A stretch of 35,018 bases of DNA from Octopus bimaculoides (Eukaryota): positions 22,658,128-22,693,145 of the forward strand of contig NC_068989.1 of the NCBI RefSeq assembly GCF_001194135.2, given 5' to 3'. The notes beneath the pieces were generated by a model. That model had not been told where the DNA came from, ran no database searches, and saw only the letters and a program-made list of their open reading frames with translations. Of the stretch, positions 21,611 to 33,287 are shown piece after piece (the stretch's first letter is position 1; the number at the start of each line of letters is the position of its first letter). A program made the translations under genes and the position numbers.

Positions 21611-21814
21611 TATATCACATAATTTGTATGCATTTAGTTAATTGTACTTTAGACACTGGATATTTGGGATTATATGCAACACTCGAAGAAATAACCCCCA
21701 ACCCCTAATACATCAAGATCATCCGATTAACTCCAACTTGACCAGATTAAAACAGTTCGATTTTCCCATTGTAATATGAAGCAGACATCACAGATGAGAG
21801 GCGCTGACAGTCTT

Positions 21815-21951
21815 ACTTTTCACTCTTTTACATTTGCTTGTGTTTCAATTATTGGACTGCGGTCATGCTGGAGTACTATTTTGAAGGGTTCAATCAATCA
21901 AATCGGCATCCATTATTCATTTTCAAGTATGGTACTTATTCTATCGATCTC

Positions 21952-21955
<4 letters not shown>
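21815..21955 (-). mobile_element. D tail of the bipartite SINE
   Basis: TTGTGTTTCAATTATTGGACTGCGGTCATGCTGGAGTAC...GGTACTTATTCTATCGATCTC; truncated by poly-T and a gap. Confidence 0.7.
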
Positions 21956-21982
<27 letters not shown>

Positions 21983-22352
21983 NNNNNNNNNNNNNNNNNN
22001 NNNNNNNNNNNNNNNNNNNNNNNNNNNNNNNNNNNNNNNNNNNNNNNNNNNNNNNNNNNNNNNNNNNNNNNNNNNNNNNNNNNNNNNNNNNNNNNNNNNN
22101 NNNNNNNNNNNNNNNNNNNNNNNNNNNNNNNNNNNNNNNNNNNNNNNNNNNNNNNNNNNNNNNNNNNNNNNNNNNNNNNNNNNNNNNNNNNNNNNNNNNN
22201 NNNNNNNNNNNNNNNNNNNNNNNNNNNNNNNNNNNNNNNNNNNNNNNNNNNNNNNNNNNNNNNNNNNNNNNNNNNNNNNNNNNNNNNNNNNNNNNNNNNN
22301 NNNNNNNNNNNNNNNNNNNNNNNNNNNNNNNNNNNNNNNNNNNNNNNNNNNN

Positions 22353-22392
<40 letters not shown>

Positions 22393-22595
22393 ACACAACA
22401 GACACACACACATGCTTGCGCGCGCGCACACACACTCGCTCTCTTTCACATAGATAGATAGATAGATAGATAGATAGATGATGATAATGGTGGTGGTGGT
22501 GGTGGTGGTGGTGGTGGTGGTAGTGGTGGTGGTTTTGGTGGCGACGGCGGCGGCGGCGGTGGCGACGATTGTGACCGTGATAATGATGATGGCAG
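22353..22595. repeat. Compound (CA)n, (GATA)n, (GGT)n, (GGC)n microsatellites
   Basis: Direct inspection. Confidence 0.9.
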
Positions 22596-22859
22596 TTCTT
22601 CGTGTCCGAAGGTCATGGAGGAAGAATGGCTTACTATTTAGCGGCTACGTGTAAATCCAGCCTTGAAGGGCAGGCTCATATCCTTAGTTGTCATCGTTGA
22701 TAACTGAGGGTTTGACAAGAAAAGTAGAGAAATGTCATTACGGTCAGGTGTCGTATCGAATATTCCATGATGTGTTATTATGTTGTGTGTACGAAGCCGA
22801 GTTCGGAAATTAGCGATTTGCAGATAACAGTCTTATTGAAGATTCATAAATTTTGAATA

Positions 22860-23031
22860 TCATCATTGTTGTTGTTGCTGGGGGTGGTGGTGTTGGTGGT
22901 GGTGGTGGTGGTGGTGGTGGTAGTGACTATGATGGTGGTGATGGCTAAGGTGGCGTTGGTGGTGCTGCTGCTTCTGGTGGTGTAGTGATGGTGGTGGTGN
23001 NNNNNNNNNTGCCCTTGTTGTTATTGCAATT

Positions 23032-23068
<37 letters not shown>

Positions 23069-23103
23069 CCATGATCATCATCATCATCATCATCATCATC
23101 ATC
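22860..23103. repeat. (GGT)n / (CAT)n microsatellites with a small gap
   Basis: Direct inspection. Confidence 0.9.
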
Positions 23104-23414
23104 GTTCTTACACAAAAGCTATTTATTGCCCTCCGATTTAATTAGCGGAGAGGTTATCTGAAACAAGTATCCTCAAAATCTCAAGATTCTTTTCTTAGTA
23201 TTCTTAAAGAATACAAGATGACACTTCTTTGCTGCCAGTCGACAATACGCGTCTCAATTCCATTATCGTTCAGCCTCTTAGGAAACAGTTTGGATGGAGT
23301 GTGGCAAGTGCATCAATTAGCACGGGGATAATTTTCAACCTTATTTTTCACAACTTCATCTCTCTGGGTAGATTCTGATCTTAATATTCATTTAAGTATT
23401 ATACAAAATATTAT

Positions 23415-23420
23415 TATTAA

Positions 23421-23478
<58 letters not shown>

Positions 23479-23526
23479 CATCATCATTATTATTATCATC
23501 ATCATCATCATCCTCATCATCATTAC

Positions 23527-23616
<90 letters not shown>
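23415..23616. repeat. (ATT)n-(ATC)n-(ATT)n-(AGT)n compound microsatellite
   Basis: Direct inspection. Confidence 0.95.
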
Positions 23617-23617
<1 letters not shown>

Positions 23618-23848
23618 TAAGGTAGCGAACTGGTAGAACAGTTAGCACGTCGGGTAAAATGCTTTGCGGCATTTCATCCGTCTTTATGTTCTGAGTTCAA
23701 ATTCCTCCGATGTCAACTTTGCCTTTCACTTTTTCGGGATCTATAAATTAAGTACCAGTCAAATACTGGGGTCGATGTGATCGACTATCCCCCTCCCCGC
23801 AAATTCCAGGCCTTGTGCCTATAGTAGATGTTATTGTTATTATTATTA
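23617..23848 (+). mobile_element. SINE family C
   Basis: GGTAGCGAACTGGTAGAACAGTTAG...GAGTTCAAATTC...ACTTTGCCTTTCAC...AATTAAGTACCAG...GCCTTGTGCCTATAGTAGA and a short ATT tail. Confidence 0.9.
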
Positions 23849-24150
23849 CGTTTTATATTTTAGCCTGATTTTGAGGCTGACAGTATCAGCTGTTCACTAC
23901 CAGTGAACTAAGGTAGCACCTCTTATTCTTCGAGGACCTTCGGGAGTATTCGAGCGGTTCCAAGCAGTGCTGTTTTCTGCAAGTGCTCCACCAATTATTG
24001 CAGCCCCTATTTGTTCCATGTACTTTTCGAGATTTTTGCCCACTGTTCCCAGGGCTCCGACAATTATTGGTACTACTACCACCTCTTTCATCGACCACAA
24101 CTGCTTAACATCCCAAGCTAACCTGTCATATCTCTCGACTTTTCTAGAGT
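23849..24150 (-). mobile_element. 5'-truncated R4/Dong-like LINE 3' end
   Basis: EKVERYDRLAWDVKQLWSMKEVVVVPIIVGALGTVGKNLEKY / HLQKTALLGTARIL. Confidence 0.85.
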
Positions 24151-24157
24151 AGAAAAG

Positions 24158-24159
<2 letters not shown>

Positions 24160-24198
<39 letters not shown>

Positions 24199-26480
24199 CA
24201 TCATTATTTTAAAAATAAAATGTGATCCATTGTCTTCTACTGAACCGGGGTCATCCCTTGACCCTAGGGTCACAGCAGGTCCTCATCTCATGGAGAGTAT
24301 AGGTGTAAAATGTGTGCGGAACCTAGCAACACTATTTTCTGAAGTTCTCCCACGTTAACACTACAAGAGAGTTTGTTGAGCTGCTTATCAAGGCCCTTTT
24401 TAATTAGTCCTAACGCTCCAATCACCACTGGGACCTAAGGCTAGTAACTATGTTACAACGATAGCAATTTTCTGAAGAGATGCACAGTTGAGGTTTGCGC
24501 CATCTTTTGAACAACCTGTTGTAGTTTTTCTGAATTAAATCCTGTTGTGATGGTCTTGTAAGATAATTCTAATTGGAGGATGGCTCTAACACCCACTTTT
24601 CGAGGAAAGTAGATTTGGATGACGCATCTTGTTTTGATGTCCACTCATTGGAGTTCATTTATATTCCTGTTAATTATATTATATCCATACCGTACCACTG
24701 GAGCAGCAAATAAATTATTGGTTCAAATCCTATTCTGAGAATTCAGTTCTGTTTTCAGAATCAGTCTCACTCTCTTATAATATTCGTTGCTGATTCTTTC
24801 CTTCATGGTGCTGTGTTGGATCTCTTTCCCCTTCCTTTATTCCCAGATATTTGTATGCTCCACCTTGGTCTAATTCTTTGATAAAAGCGTTATGGACGAT
24901 GTAGAAATGAGTTTTCCCCGTTTAAATCTTGCTTTGGCAGCGCACTTATTCAAGCCAATTTCCACGTTAATATTGTCACTAAAACTTTTCACAGTTGTTA
25001 GTAATCCCTCTAGATCGTTATTATATTTTGCATATAGCTTGAGGTCTTCCATATAAAAGAGATGTGATTCTGTCAAACATTTTGTGTCCATATTGTGTAC
25101 AGTTCAATTCATGCGACAGAGGTAAGTGTGCTAAACAAAAAAGCAATGGGATAACGAATCTCCTTGAAATACACCTTGATTAATCTTGATACTAATGAAT
25201 CTTAATACTTATGATTGAGGTACAGTTTTATGTACCACATGCTCATACTTTGGCGCAGAAAACCTTTAATAATTGGTGATATTTTGTATTAGTCTAGAGC
25301 TTTAGCGATTCGCGGGTGAGAGACACTATCGAATGTCTTTCGGTAATCTATCCAAGTTGTACTATGATTATGACTTTTAGAGAAGCAATTTTCAAGTATC
25401 ATTCGGTTAATCAGAAGTTGATCTTTGCAGCCATAGGAATTCCTATGGCAACTCTTTTGCTCTAAATGCAAAATGTCATGTTGGTCGAGAAATTAGTGTG
25501 CGCGCTCCATTAGAAATGATGTCAATATTTTGTAAGTGATCGATAAAATAAGTACCAGTTGAGCACTGGGGTTGACGAAATCGACTTCCCCCGTAATTGT
25601 TGGTCTTATGGCAAAATTTGAAACCAGTATTTTATCAGTGGTAGTAAGACACGTAATTGACCAGTAATTTTTCAGGATTTTGGTTTCGTCATTTTTAGGC
25701 ATCACATAGATTATCCTTTGAGTCAGCCAAGGTGGCATTTTTTCTGGGTTTTTCATTATGTCGGAAAAACGCTCAAATAATTGTTTGTGTGATGTTGTCA
25801 GAGCATTTAGCCAAAAGTTTGGTGTCATACCATGTCCAGGGGATTTCCACTTATGAGCCTTTGATAAGGCTTCTTTCAGTTCCTTGACGGTGATAGCTTC
25901 CCAACTTTGTTCTTGTTCATTCACTATTCTTTATTCCTCTCTTGTGATCCACTCATAATTTCCATTAGATCCTTTGTTATTACTTGATATACTTTTCCAC
26001 AATGATTCTACCTCATGCATTTCAAGTGTGTCCTTAATTTCTATTCTTTGCTTTTCGCATCCATTTTGAAGATTTTGTTTTGTCAGTAGAAGTTGCTTCG
26101 TTAATCAAAAGTACGGAAACGTTGTGGCTTAAACTGTAGATTTTGTTTCTCTAACTGTTTGGATTTAATTACTTCAGTCATATCAGTTAATTTGTACTTG
26201 CGCTTCACTGTTCTGTTTTTCTTTCTGTTAACATTTTTCTCTTAGATAATTCATCTAAGTTCACACCTAAGCAGTTTAATCTTTTTGTGTTTATTCGTTC
26301 TTTCCATTTTGGTTGCCTTTTGCTTTTGCATATTATTTTTGTGTGCCTTTTTCTATAGTTTGATACCTATTTCCTTAGTATCTGTGGATGCTGCTGAAGT
26401 CATGTCGCATTTAGATTCTGCAAGGATTTCTTTTGGGGGCGTAATCATAATTTTTTATTGTAAGTAGGCTTTTATTGTAA
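24160..26480 (-). mobile_element. Decayed, internally deleted R4/Dong-like LINE with (TAA)n tail
   Basis: RT motifs WKSPG...PNFWL; NYWSITCLTT; EQKSCHRNSYGCKDQLLINRMILE; WIDYRKTFDSVSH; SHLFYMEDLKLYAK (YMDD equivalent); REL end IGALGLIKKGLDK...LQKIVLLGSAHIL. Confidence 0.92.
25539..25640 (+). mobile_element. 5'-truncated SINE family C inserted in the LINE RT, flanked by AGTG direct repeats
   Basis: ATCGATAAAATAAGTACCAGTTGAGCACTGGGG...AAATTTGAAACCAGTATTTTATC; removing 102 nt restores TCLTTT-YKILTS. Confidence 0.85.
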
Positions 26481-26644
26481 ATTGAACATTTTCGTTTGGA
26501 ATTTAGGCAGCTGTTCTCTGTCATTTATTTCTGTATGTTGTAAGATATTGCATGTATGATGTTACCTTATACATCTTAGAATTTATCGATGTTATCTTTT
26601 ATAAAACGAAACTTGTGTGGTAGTTTCTAATTCATGAAGGGTCT

Positions 26645-26860
26645 CAAGCGACGCATTGGCAGAATCTTTAGCGCGTAGAGTGAAATGCTTAGCGGCATTT
26701 CGTCCGCTTTTACATTCTGAGTTCAAATTCCGCCGAGGTCGAGTTTGCTTCCATCTTTTCAGGATCGTTGAAATAAGGAGCAACTGAGCACTGAGATTGA
26801 TGTAATCGATTACCCCACTCCCCACAAAATTTCAGCGTTGTACCTATTCTAGAAAAAAAA
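26645..26860 (+). mobile_element. SINE family C, diverged
   Basis: TTGGCAGAATCTTTAGCG...GAAATGCTTAGCGGCATTTCGTCC...GAGTTCAAATTCCGCCGAGGTCGAG. Confidence 0.85.
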
Positions 26861-26902
26861 AATATCGTTGTTTTTGTCGTTGTTGCAGTTGATGTCGTTG
26901 TT

Positions 26903-27190
<288 letters not shown>

Positions 27191-27909
27191 TGCTGTTATT
27201 TCATAAGCAGTATAATTTGATAAAGATTACCTTTAGATTTTCACTTCCTTATTTTAACTTACGCTGCCATATTTACATTCATGCATTCATATCAACATAT
27301 CAATACCTACTTTTTCGTTTATGTATTTACTCCGCAACACGTGAATGAATAATTGTTGACAAGTTAAAATATTCTCGTATCATAAACAGAGTTATTTCGC
27401 CACTTTTTTACGTTTGCAGTGCTTCTTTAAATTCGTAACTACAGCAACGCGTGTTATGACGTTTTAACACCATTTCTATTGTCACCCTCTCTCTTTACCT
27501 GTCAACCAATCAAATTCATCCTGAAAATCCTGAATGGACAGATTAGAAATTATCTTCCTATAAGTAAAGTGCGTTCATTATGCAAGTCGTCGAAACGAGA
27601 AACTATTGGTTATGAATTGAGAAATACTACGGATTTTATGAGCCTGTATGTATATATGTATTCATCTATGTATGTTTATGTACGTATGTATATTCATGTG
27701 CACAAGCACTTTTGTGTATAAATACAGATACATACATATACACACATAGATTCATTTCTTCAGGCGATATAGCATCAATGGAGTTTTAACAGAGAGATTT
27801 TATCTCTTTTGACTAGCGTAAAGATTGTTGTTATTATTACTCGATTTATCTTACATTATATTCGCACAACTCGACGCAACCCCAAAATCTGATTTGCCAG
27901 TCGGCACCA

Positions 27910-27990
27910 TTAGACTGTGGCCGCAGTCAATTGATTAAAACAAGTGAAAGAAGATAGATAGATAGATAGATAGATAGGTAGGTAGGTAGG

Positions 27991-28023
<33 letters not shown>

Positions 28024-28050
28024 GATAGATAGATAGATACGTGTATAAAA

Positions 28051-28128
<78 letters not shown>
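27910..28128 (+). repeat. End of the SINE D tail followed by (GATA)n and (CA)n
   Basis: TGTGGCCGCAGTCAATTGATTAAAACAAGTGAAAGA then microsatellites. Confidence 0.75.
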
Positions 28129-28131
<3 letters not shown>

Positions 28132-28146
28132 TTATACACAATGAAT

Positions 28147-29200
28147 GAATCAATCGTCCAGGTAGCGTTTCCAGTTGGCGACTAAGTATTTTTTAAAGTT
28201 ATCACAAAATTTCAGTCTGGCGCGTTCGTATATTTGGACTTCCAAATATTGCATGATAACATTAGCAAAAGTGGGGGATACTCTCGTTCCCATCGCAATC
28301 TCAGATAACTATTTGTAGGTGTTGTCGTTGAAATTGAAGAAAGTTATCATCTTTCAATGATAAATCATTTTCCAGTTCGGTCAGGAATATCATTTGGAAA
28401 TTCTTCCAACCAGAATTGCATAGCTTCCATTCCGTATTCGCGTGGAATCGAGATGTAAAGATTTATTACATCGAATGAGTCCATGATGGTTTTGTCCCAT
28501 TTAATCTCTTATGAAGCACGGTATATGCTGAAGAAAAGATTTTAGAAGAATATCAATGAAATTGCTCAATCTATGTCTTTTACAAGACGGACCGACTGCA
28601 GTTGGTCTCATTTTGAGATCTCTGGGATAACTAATGAGGTTGATCTGTTACAGGCTTTATTCATAGCTGCACTTTTGTGAAGTTTTGGAACTCCGTAAAA
28701 GTTGCTGGTTTCGCATTCAAATTTTGTTAAATAGGCCCTTTCCTTTTCCGTTAAAACCTTTTGGAGCTGTTGTATGAGGGTAGTGAGCTTTTACACTACT
28801 TTGGATTGTGAGTAATTGTTAGTTTTTCCATAATAGGCATTGTTACGAAGAAGAGCTAGAATAGTGTTTATGTATTGTTCCGAATTCATGATGACTCAAC
28901 AATTCCTTTATCAGCTTCTTTAATAATTATATTTTTATCATCATTGAGATCATTAATGATTTCCCATTCTTCTCGGCTTGTATTAGATTTAAATTTCAGG
29001 TGCGATAGTAAATTACAAGGGAAATTGGTTACCAAATTACAAAATTTGTCCAGAGATTGGTTTCTCCTTTTTGTTGAACTGTAGTTGCTTTTATTATGAA
29101 GCATTATGTATGATTGTGTTAGGTATTATTTTTTTTAGCTTAATTTAAGTTTTTGAGAGAGTTCAAGCTGGTCGCTAACAAAGCGACAAGACATTTTGAA
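28147..29200 (-). mobile_element. Decayed Penelope-like element, RT domain
   Basis: IIIKEADKG; SNFYGVPKLHK; RLSNFIDILLKSFLQHIPCFIRD; SFDVINLYISIP; IAMGTRVSPTFANVIMQYLE; WKRYLDD. Broken by (CA)n at the catalytic motif. Confidence 0.92.
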
Positions 29201-29229
29201 TTAAGAGAATTCCCGGTGTTTGCAAATAG

Positions 29230-29520
29230 TTGGTGTGTTAGTTGAAATGTCGATGCATACACTCAAGTGTGTACATCTATTCACATAGGAATCTCATACG
29301 GGGAATTTTTGGAATGCCTTACAAATCTTCACTGTACCACTAATAAATCGGATTTGGAGAATCCGCGTCAAGTTTTTTTTTGTTTTACTCTTTTTCTATG
29401 AAACCGAGTTGTCCTCGGTTTTTGAGCAAATTCATTGGTACATAACCTAATGCACCAATGATAAGTACAAATGAAAATTCATAGTTAGGGTACAGGAGAT
29501 GCAAGTTCTACATTAGTTCA
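29230..29520 (-). mobile_element. 3' fragment of an R4/Dong-like LINE (same subfamily as 4200-5930)
   Basis: NLHLLYPNYEFSF..IIGALGYVP / ISGTVKICKAFQKF. Confidence 0.75.
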
Positions 29521-29599
29521 TCATAAATGTTTCTTTTTTCTCTATGTATGCATGTATGTATGTATGTATGAATGTATGTATGTATGTATGCATGAACTT

Positions 29600-29800
29600 A
29601 TTCGTCATCGACGGCGTTTTACGTGCGCGTGAGTTTTTTTCTGACACAGACTTTCAGTTTCGAAGTCTACAATTCTTTCGCTTTTGTTTGACCGCCTGAA
29701 AATGGCGACGACGTCATTGACGGTAGCAGCGGCGCCGGTGGCAACTGAATCCTGTCTCTGTAAGCTTGACGCGCCGGGTCGCGTTCGTCTTCCAGTAAAC
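29600..29800 (+). promoter_or_regulatory. CpG-rich candidate promoter / first exon with a YY1-like motif
   Basis: Local CpG density is far above the flanks; GAAAATGGCG at 29698-29707; ACGTCA half-CRE. Confidence 0.55.
29702..29759 (+). CDS. Candidate first coding exon, MATTSLTVAAAPVATESCL, phase-1 donor
   Basis: aaaATGG context and a TCT|GTAAGC donor at 29760. No homology recognised. Confidence 0.3.
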
Positions 29801-30398
29801 AGAGCCTACCTATGAATTTATCCAAATTCGACCGAACTGGTCACCAAAAGAAACAACAAAGACATCAATAACAACAATAACAATTGCAACAGCAACAGCT
29901 AAACACACAAACTCCCTCAACTTCACTCTTGTAAATACAAAGAACAATCAGTTGATGAGGTAGCCAGCATGACTCACAAAACAAAAGAATAAAAGGCAAA
30001 ATATATAAAAATACGGTGAAGAACCCATCTTCAAAATTATTTCACAGAACCGAGACATCTGATTAAGATGCAAAGAGATAATTGTAATTTTCTAAAATAA
30101 AATGGACAGAATTTTTTTGCAAGAGTTTTGCAAAGAACCTCTTGCCGTTGAAAACACTGACTTAACCATCTTCTCCGAGACCTGATAAAAATATTTCTCT
30201 GCCTTTTCTTTTTTTCAACTAACATAGCTGTACACAGAGTACGATGTATAAATGTACATGAGCTGCAGTCGGTTGGGAAGCATTATCACGTGCTTAGCGA
30301 CTTCATGTAACAAAACGAATATGCTAGTCATCAGTGATGTCAGCATTTTCAGAACACATGCACTCGCGACCGTCTCTGAGAACCGCGAACTAAAGACA

Positions 30399-30400
<2 letters not shown>

Positions 30401-30489
<89 letters not shown>

Positions 30490-30498
30490 TGTGTGTGT
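30401..30498. repeat. (GT)n microsatellite
   Basis: Direct inspection. Confidence 0.95.
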
Positions 30499-32258
30499 TC
30501 ATGGATACGAAGGAACGAAAGTTTGTTTGAGGTAGCCACTTGGCAGAAGCGCGCTGTGCAAACAAAACCCCAATTCTGTATTTGGGGAACGGGGACATAA
30601 GCGGACTACTGGATCTCAAGCAGACGAGTACGACTTTGCAGCGGCGTTTTGCTTAGTTGTTCGGAGCATGCAGTTGGCAGAGAAGATAGTAAACGTTAGT
30701 GACCACCAGGAAAAGATCTGCAGATCTCGGTGAATGACACTGAGAACTGCGAAAAAAAAAACAACAAAAAAACACAATAAAAACATCTGAGATACGGTTA
30801 GCTATTAAGTATCTGTATGAGAAGCAAGTCGCTTGGTTCGATAGTGAGCTTTATGCATATATTTCAGACATGTTAGCCGACGTTTCGGAAGACGTCTGCT
30901 GCAAATAGCAGTAGAACGGCAGAATACCCTAGTTTGTGAGCCGAGGAGTAGAATCACATCTGAGAAAGAACAAGGGAAACGTCATTGATAATTTTAGGCT
31001 CCTAAATTTACTGAACAGGGAGCTTTCATTTGCTGGGAGAGGCAGGTAGTTTTCTTCTGGTAGCCATGGCGAAAGAGATTGTGTGGTAGAGCGAACTAGA
31101 AGGATTGAAGCCAAATACTTTCCAGTCGGCCAAGTCTTTATCAACGTTTTTGTTTACCATTTAAAGAAGAAGGCACGGGTTTAGAGAGAGGCTCCGCTCT
31201 CCATTAAACTTGTTGAAAGGGAGGCGAAAGTGGCGACCATGCTCCAATAAACAGCTCGACTTTCAACATTTGCCATTGACCGAGGAATAGCATTCAGGGG
31301 AGAATTTGCTCTTAGTGATTTGGGAAATCTAGGATCTGTAGGATTCCTTGATTGTCTATTGGCATTTTTCATGTAACTTTTTTTTTTTTACCATGGACTC
31401 AGAACAGGAAAGTAATGTTCTTTTGNNNNNNNNNNNNNNNNNNNNNNNNNNNNNNNNNNNNNNNNNNNNNNNNNNNNNNNNNNNNNNNNNNNNNNNNNNN
31501 NNNNNNNNNNNNNNNNNNNNNNNNNNNNNNNNNNNNNNNNNNNNNNNNNNNNNNNNNNNNNNNNNNNNNNNNNNNNNNNNNNNNNNNNNNNNNNNNNNNN
31601 NNNNNNNNNNNNNNNNNNNNNNNNNNNNNNNNNNNNNNNNNNNNNNNNNNNNNNNNNNNNNNNNNNNNNNNNNNNNNNNNNNNNNNNNNNNNNNNNNNNN
31701 NNNNNNNNNNNNNNNNNNNNNNNNNNNNNNNNNNNNNNNNNNNNNNNNNNNNNNNNNNNNNNNNNNNNNNNNNNNNNNNNNNNNNNNNNNNNNNNNNNNN
31801 NNNNNNNNNNNNNNNNNNNNNNNNNNNNNNNNNNNNNNNNNNNNNNNNNNNNNNNNNNNNNNNNNNNNNNNNNNNNNNNNNNNNNNNNNNNNNNNNNNNN
31901 NNNNNNNNNNNNNNNNNNNNNNNNNNNNNNNNNNNNNNNNNNNNNNNNNNNNNNNNNNNNNNNNNNNNNNNNNNNNNNNNNNNNNNNNNNNNNNNNNNNN
32001 NNNNNNNNNNNNNNNNNNNNNNNNNNNNNNNNNNNNNNNNNNNNNNNNNNNNNNNNNNNNNNNNNNNNNNNNNNNNNNNNNNNNNNNNNNNNNNNNNNNN
32101 NNNNNNNNNNNNNNNNNNNNNNNNNNNNNNNNNNNNNNNNNNNNNNNNNNNNNNNNNNNNNNNNNNNNNNNNNNNNNNNNNNNNNNNNNNNNNNNNNNNN
32201 NNNNNNNNNNNNNNNNNNNNNNNNNNNNNNNNNNNNNNNNNNNNNNNNNNNNNNNNNT

Positions 32259-32280
32259 CTCTCTCTCTCTCTCTCTCTCC

Positions 32281-32317
<37 letters not shown>

Positions 32318-32453
32318 GTTTTCTCTGGCTCCTTCACATTAAGGCTCCCTCTCTTTATATCATTCATTCATTCCTTTGCTATCTCTCTGCTTCTCTCTCT
32401 CTCTCCCTCTCTCTCCCTCTCTCTCCCTCTCTTCCTCTCTCTTTTAACTCTTT

Positions 32454-32485
<32 letters not shown>

Positions 32486-32576
32486 GGGACTGTTATCTCC
32501 TCTCTAGTTCCAAACTCTCTCTCCCGCTCTCTCTCATTCTCTCTCTCTCTCATTCTCTCTCTCATTCTCTCTCTCT

Positions 32577-32613
<37 letters not shown>

Positions 32614-33062
32614 CCATTTCTCTTTCTACACTTATTGCACCAACCTCTCAAGTCACTCCCACCCACCTTCTTTCTCTTTCTCTCATTCTCTCTTTCTTTT
32701 CTCTCTCTCCTTCATTCATCTTTATTCTATCACATCCCTTTAATCTCTCTTTGTCCCTCTTTCTCTCTCTTTCTCTCTCTCCCTTTTTGTCTGTCTGTCT
32801 GTCTCTCTCTCTCTCCTTCATTCATCTCTTCTCTAACACATCTCCTTAATCTCTCTATCTCTCGCTTTCTCTCTTTCTCCTTTTTTCCCTACTCCATCAT
32901 CAATTGCTCCTTAATCTCCCTTTCATTCTCTCCCCCATCTCTCTCCATCTCTCCCTTTCCCTCTTTTCTTCTCTCCCTCTTTCGCGCTCTCCCTTTCTCT
33001 CTTCCTCTACATCCCTTCCGTCCCCTTTCTCCTTCTCTCTCTCTCTCTCTCTCTCGTTCTTC
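32259..33062. repeat. ~800-bp CT-rich polypyrimidine low-complexity tract
   Basis: Direct inspection. Confidence 0.9.
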
Positions 33063-33149
33063 CTAACATCATTGAATCACTTAAACAGTTCATATTAATT
33101 AGCAGTTGTCAACATTTAAAAACTAAGCCGCCCACACATAAACTCATCT

Positions 33150-33209
33150 GTATCTACCTACCTACCTACCTACCTACCTACCTACCTATCTATCTATCTA
33201 TCTGTCTGC

Positions 33210-33287
<78 letters not shown>
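33150..33287. repeat. (CTAC)n/(CTAT)n microsatellite
   Basis: Direct inspection. Confidence 0.95.

Noticed and set aside
22637-22705. Minus-strand 69-nt segment with a good acceptor and a GTAAGC donor
   Set aside because: All three frames contain stops and there is no supporting gene context.
30875-30915. GACGTCTTCCGAAACGTC as a hammerhead
   Set aside because: No CUGANGA box at a compatible position.
31348-33066. 572-aa, 463-aa and other long ORFs spanning N-runs (also 15871-16675, 21776-22461, 33488-34290)
   Set aside because: They are open only because N codons and microsatellites contain no stops.
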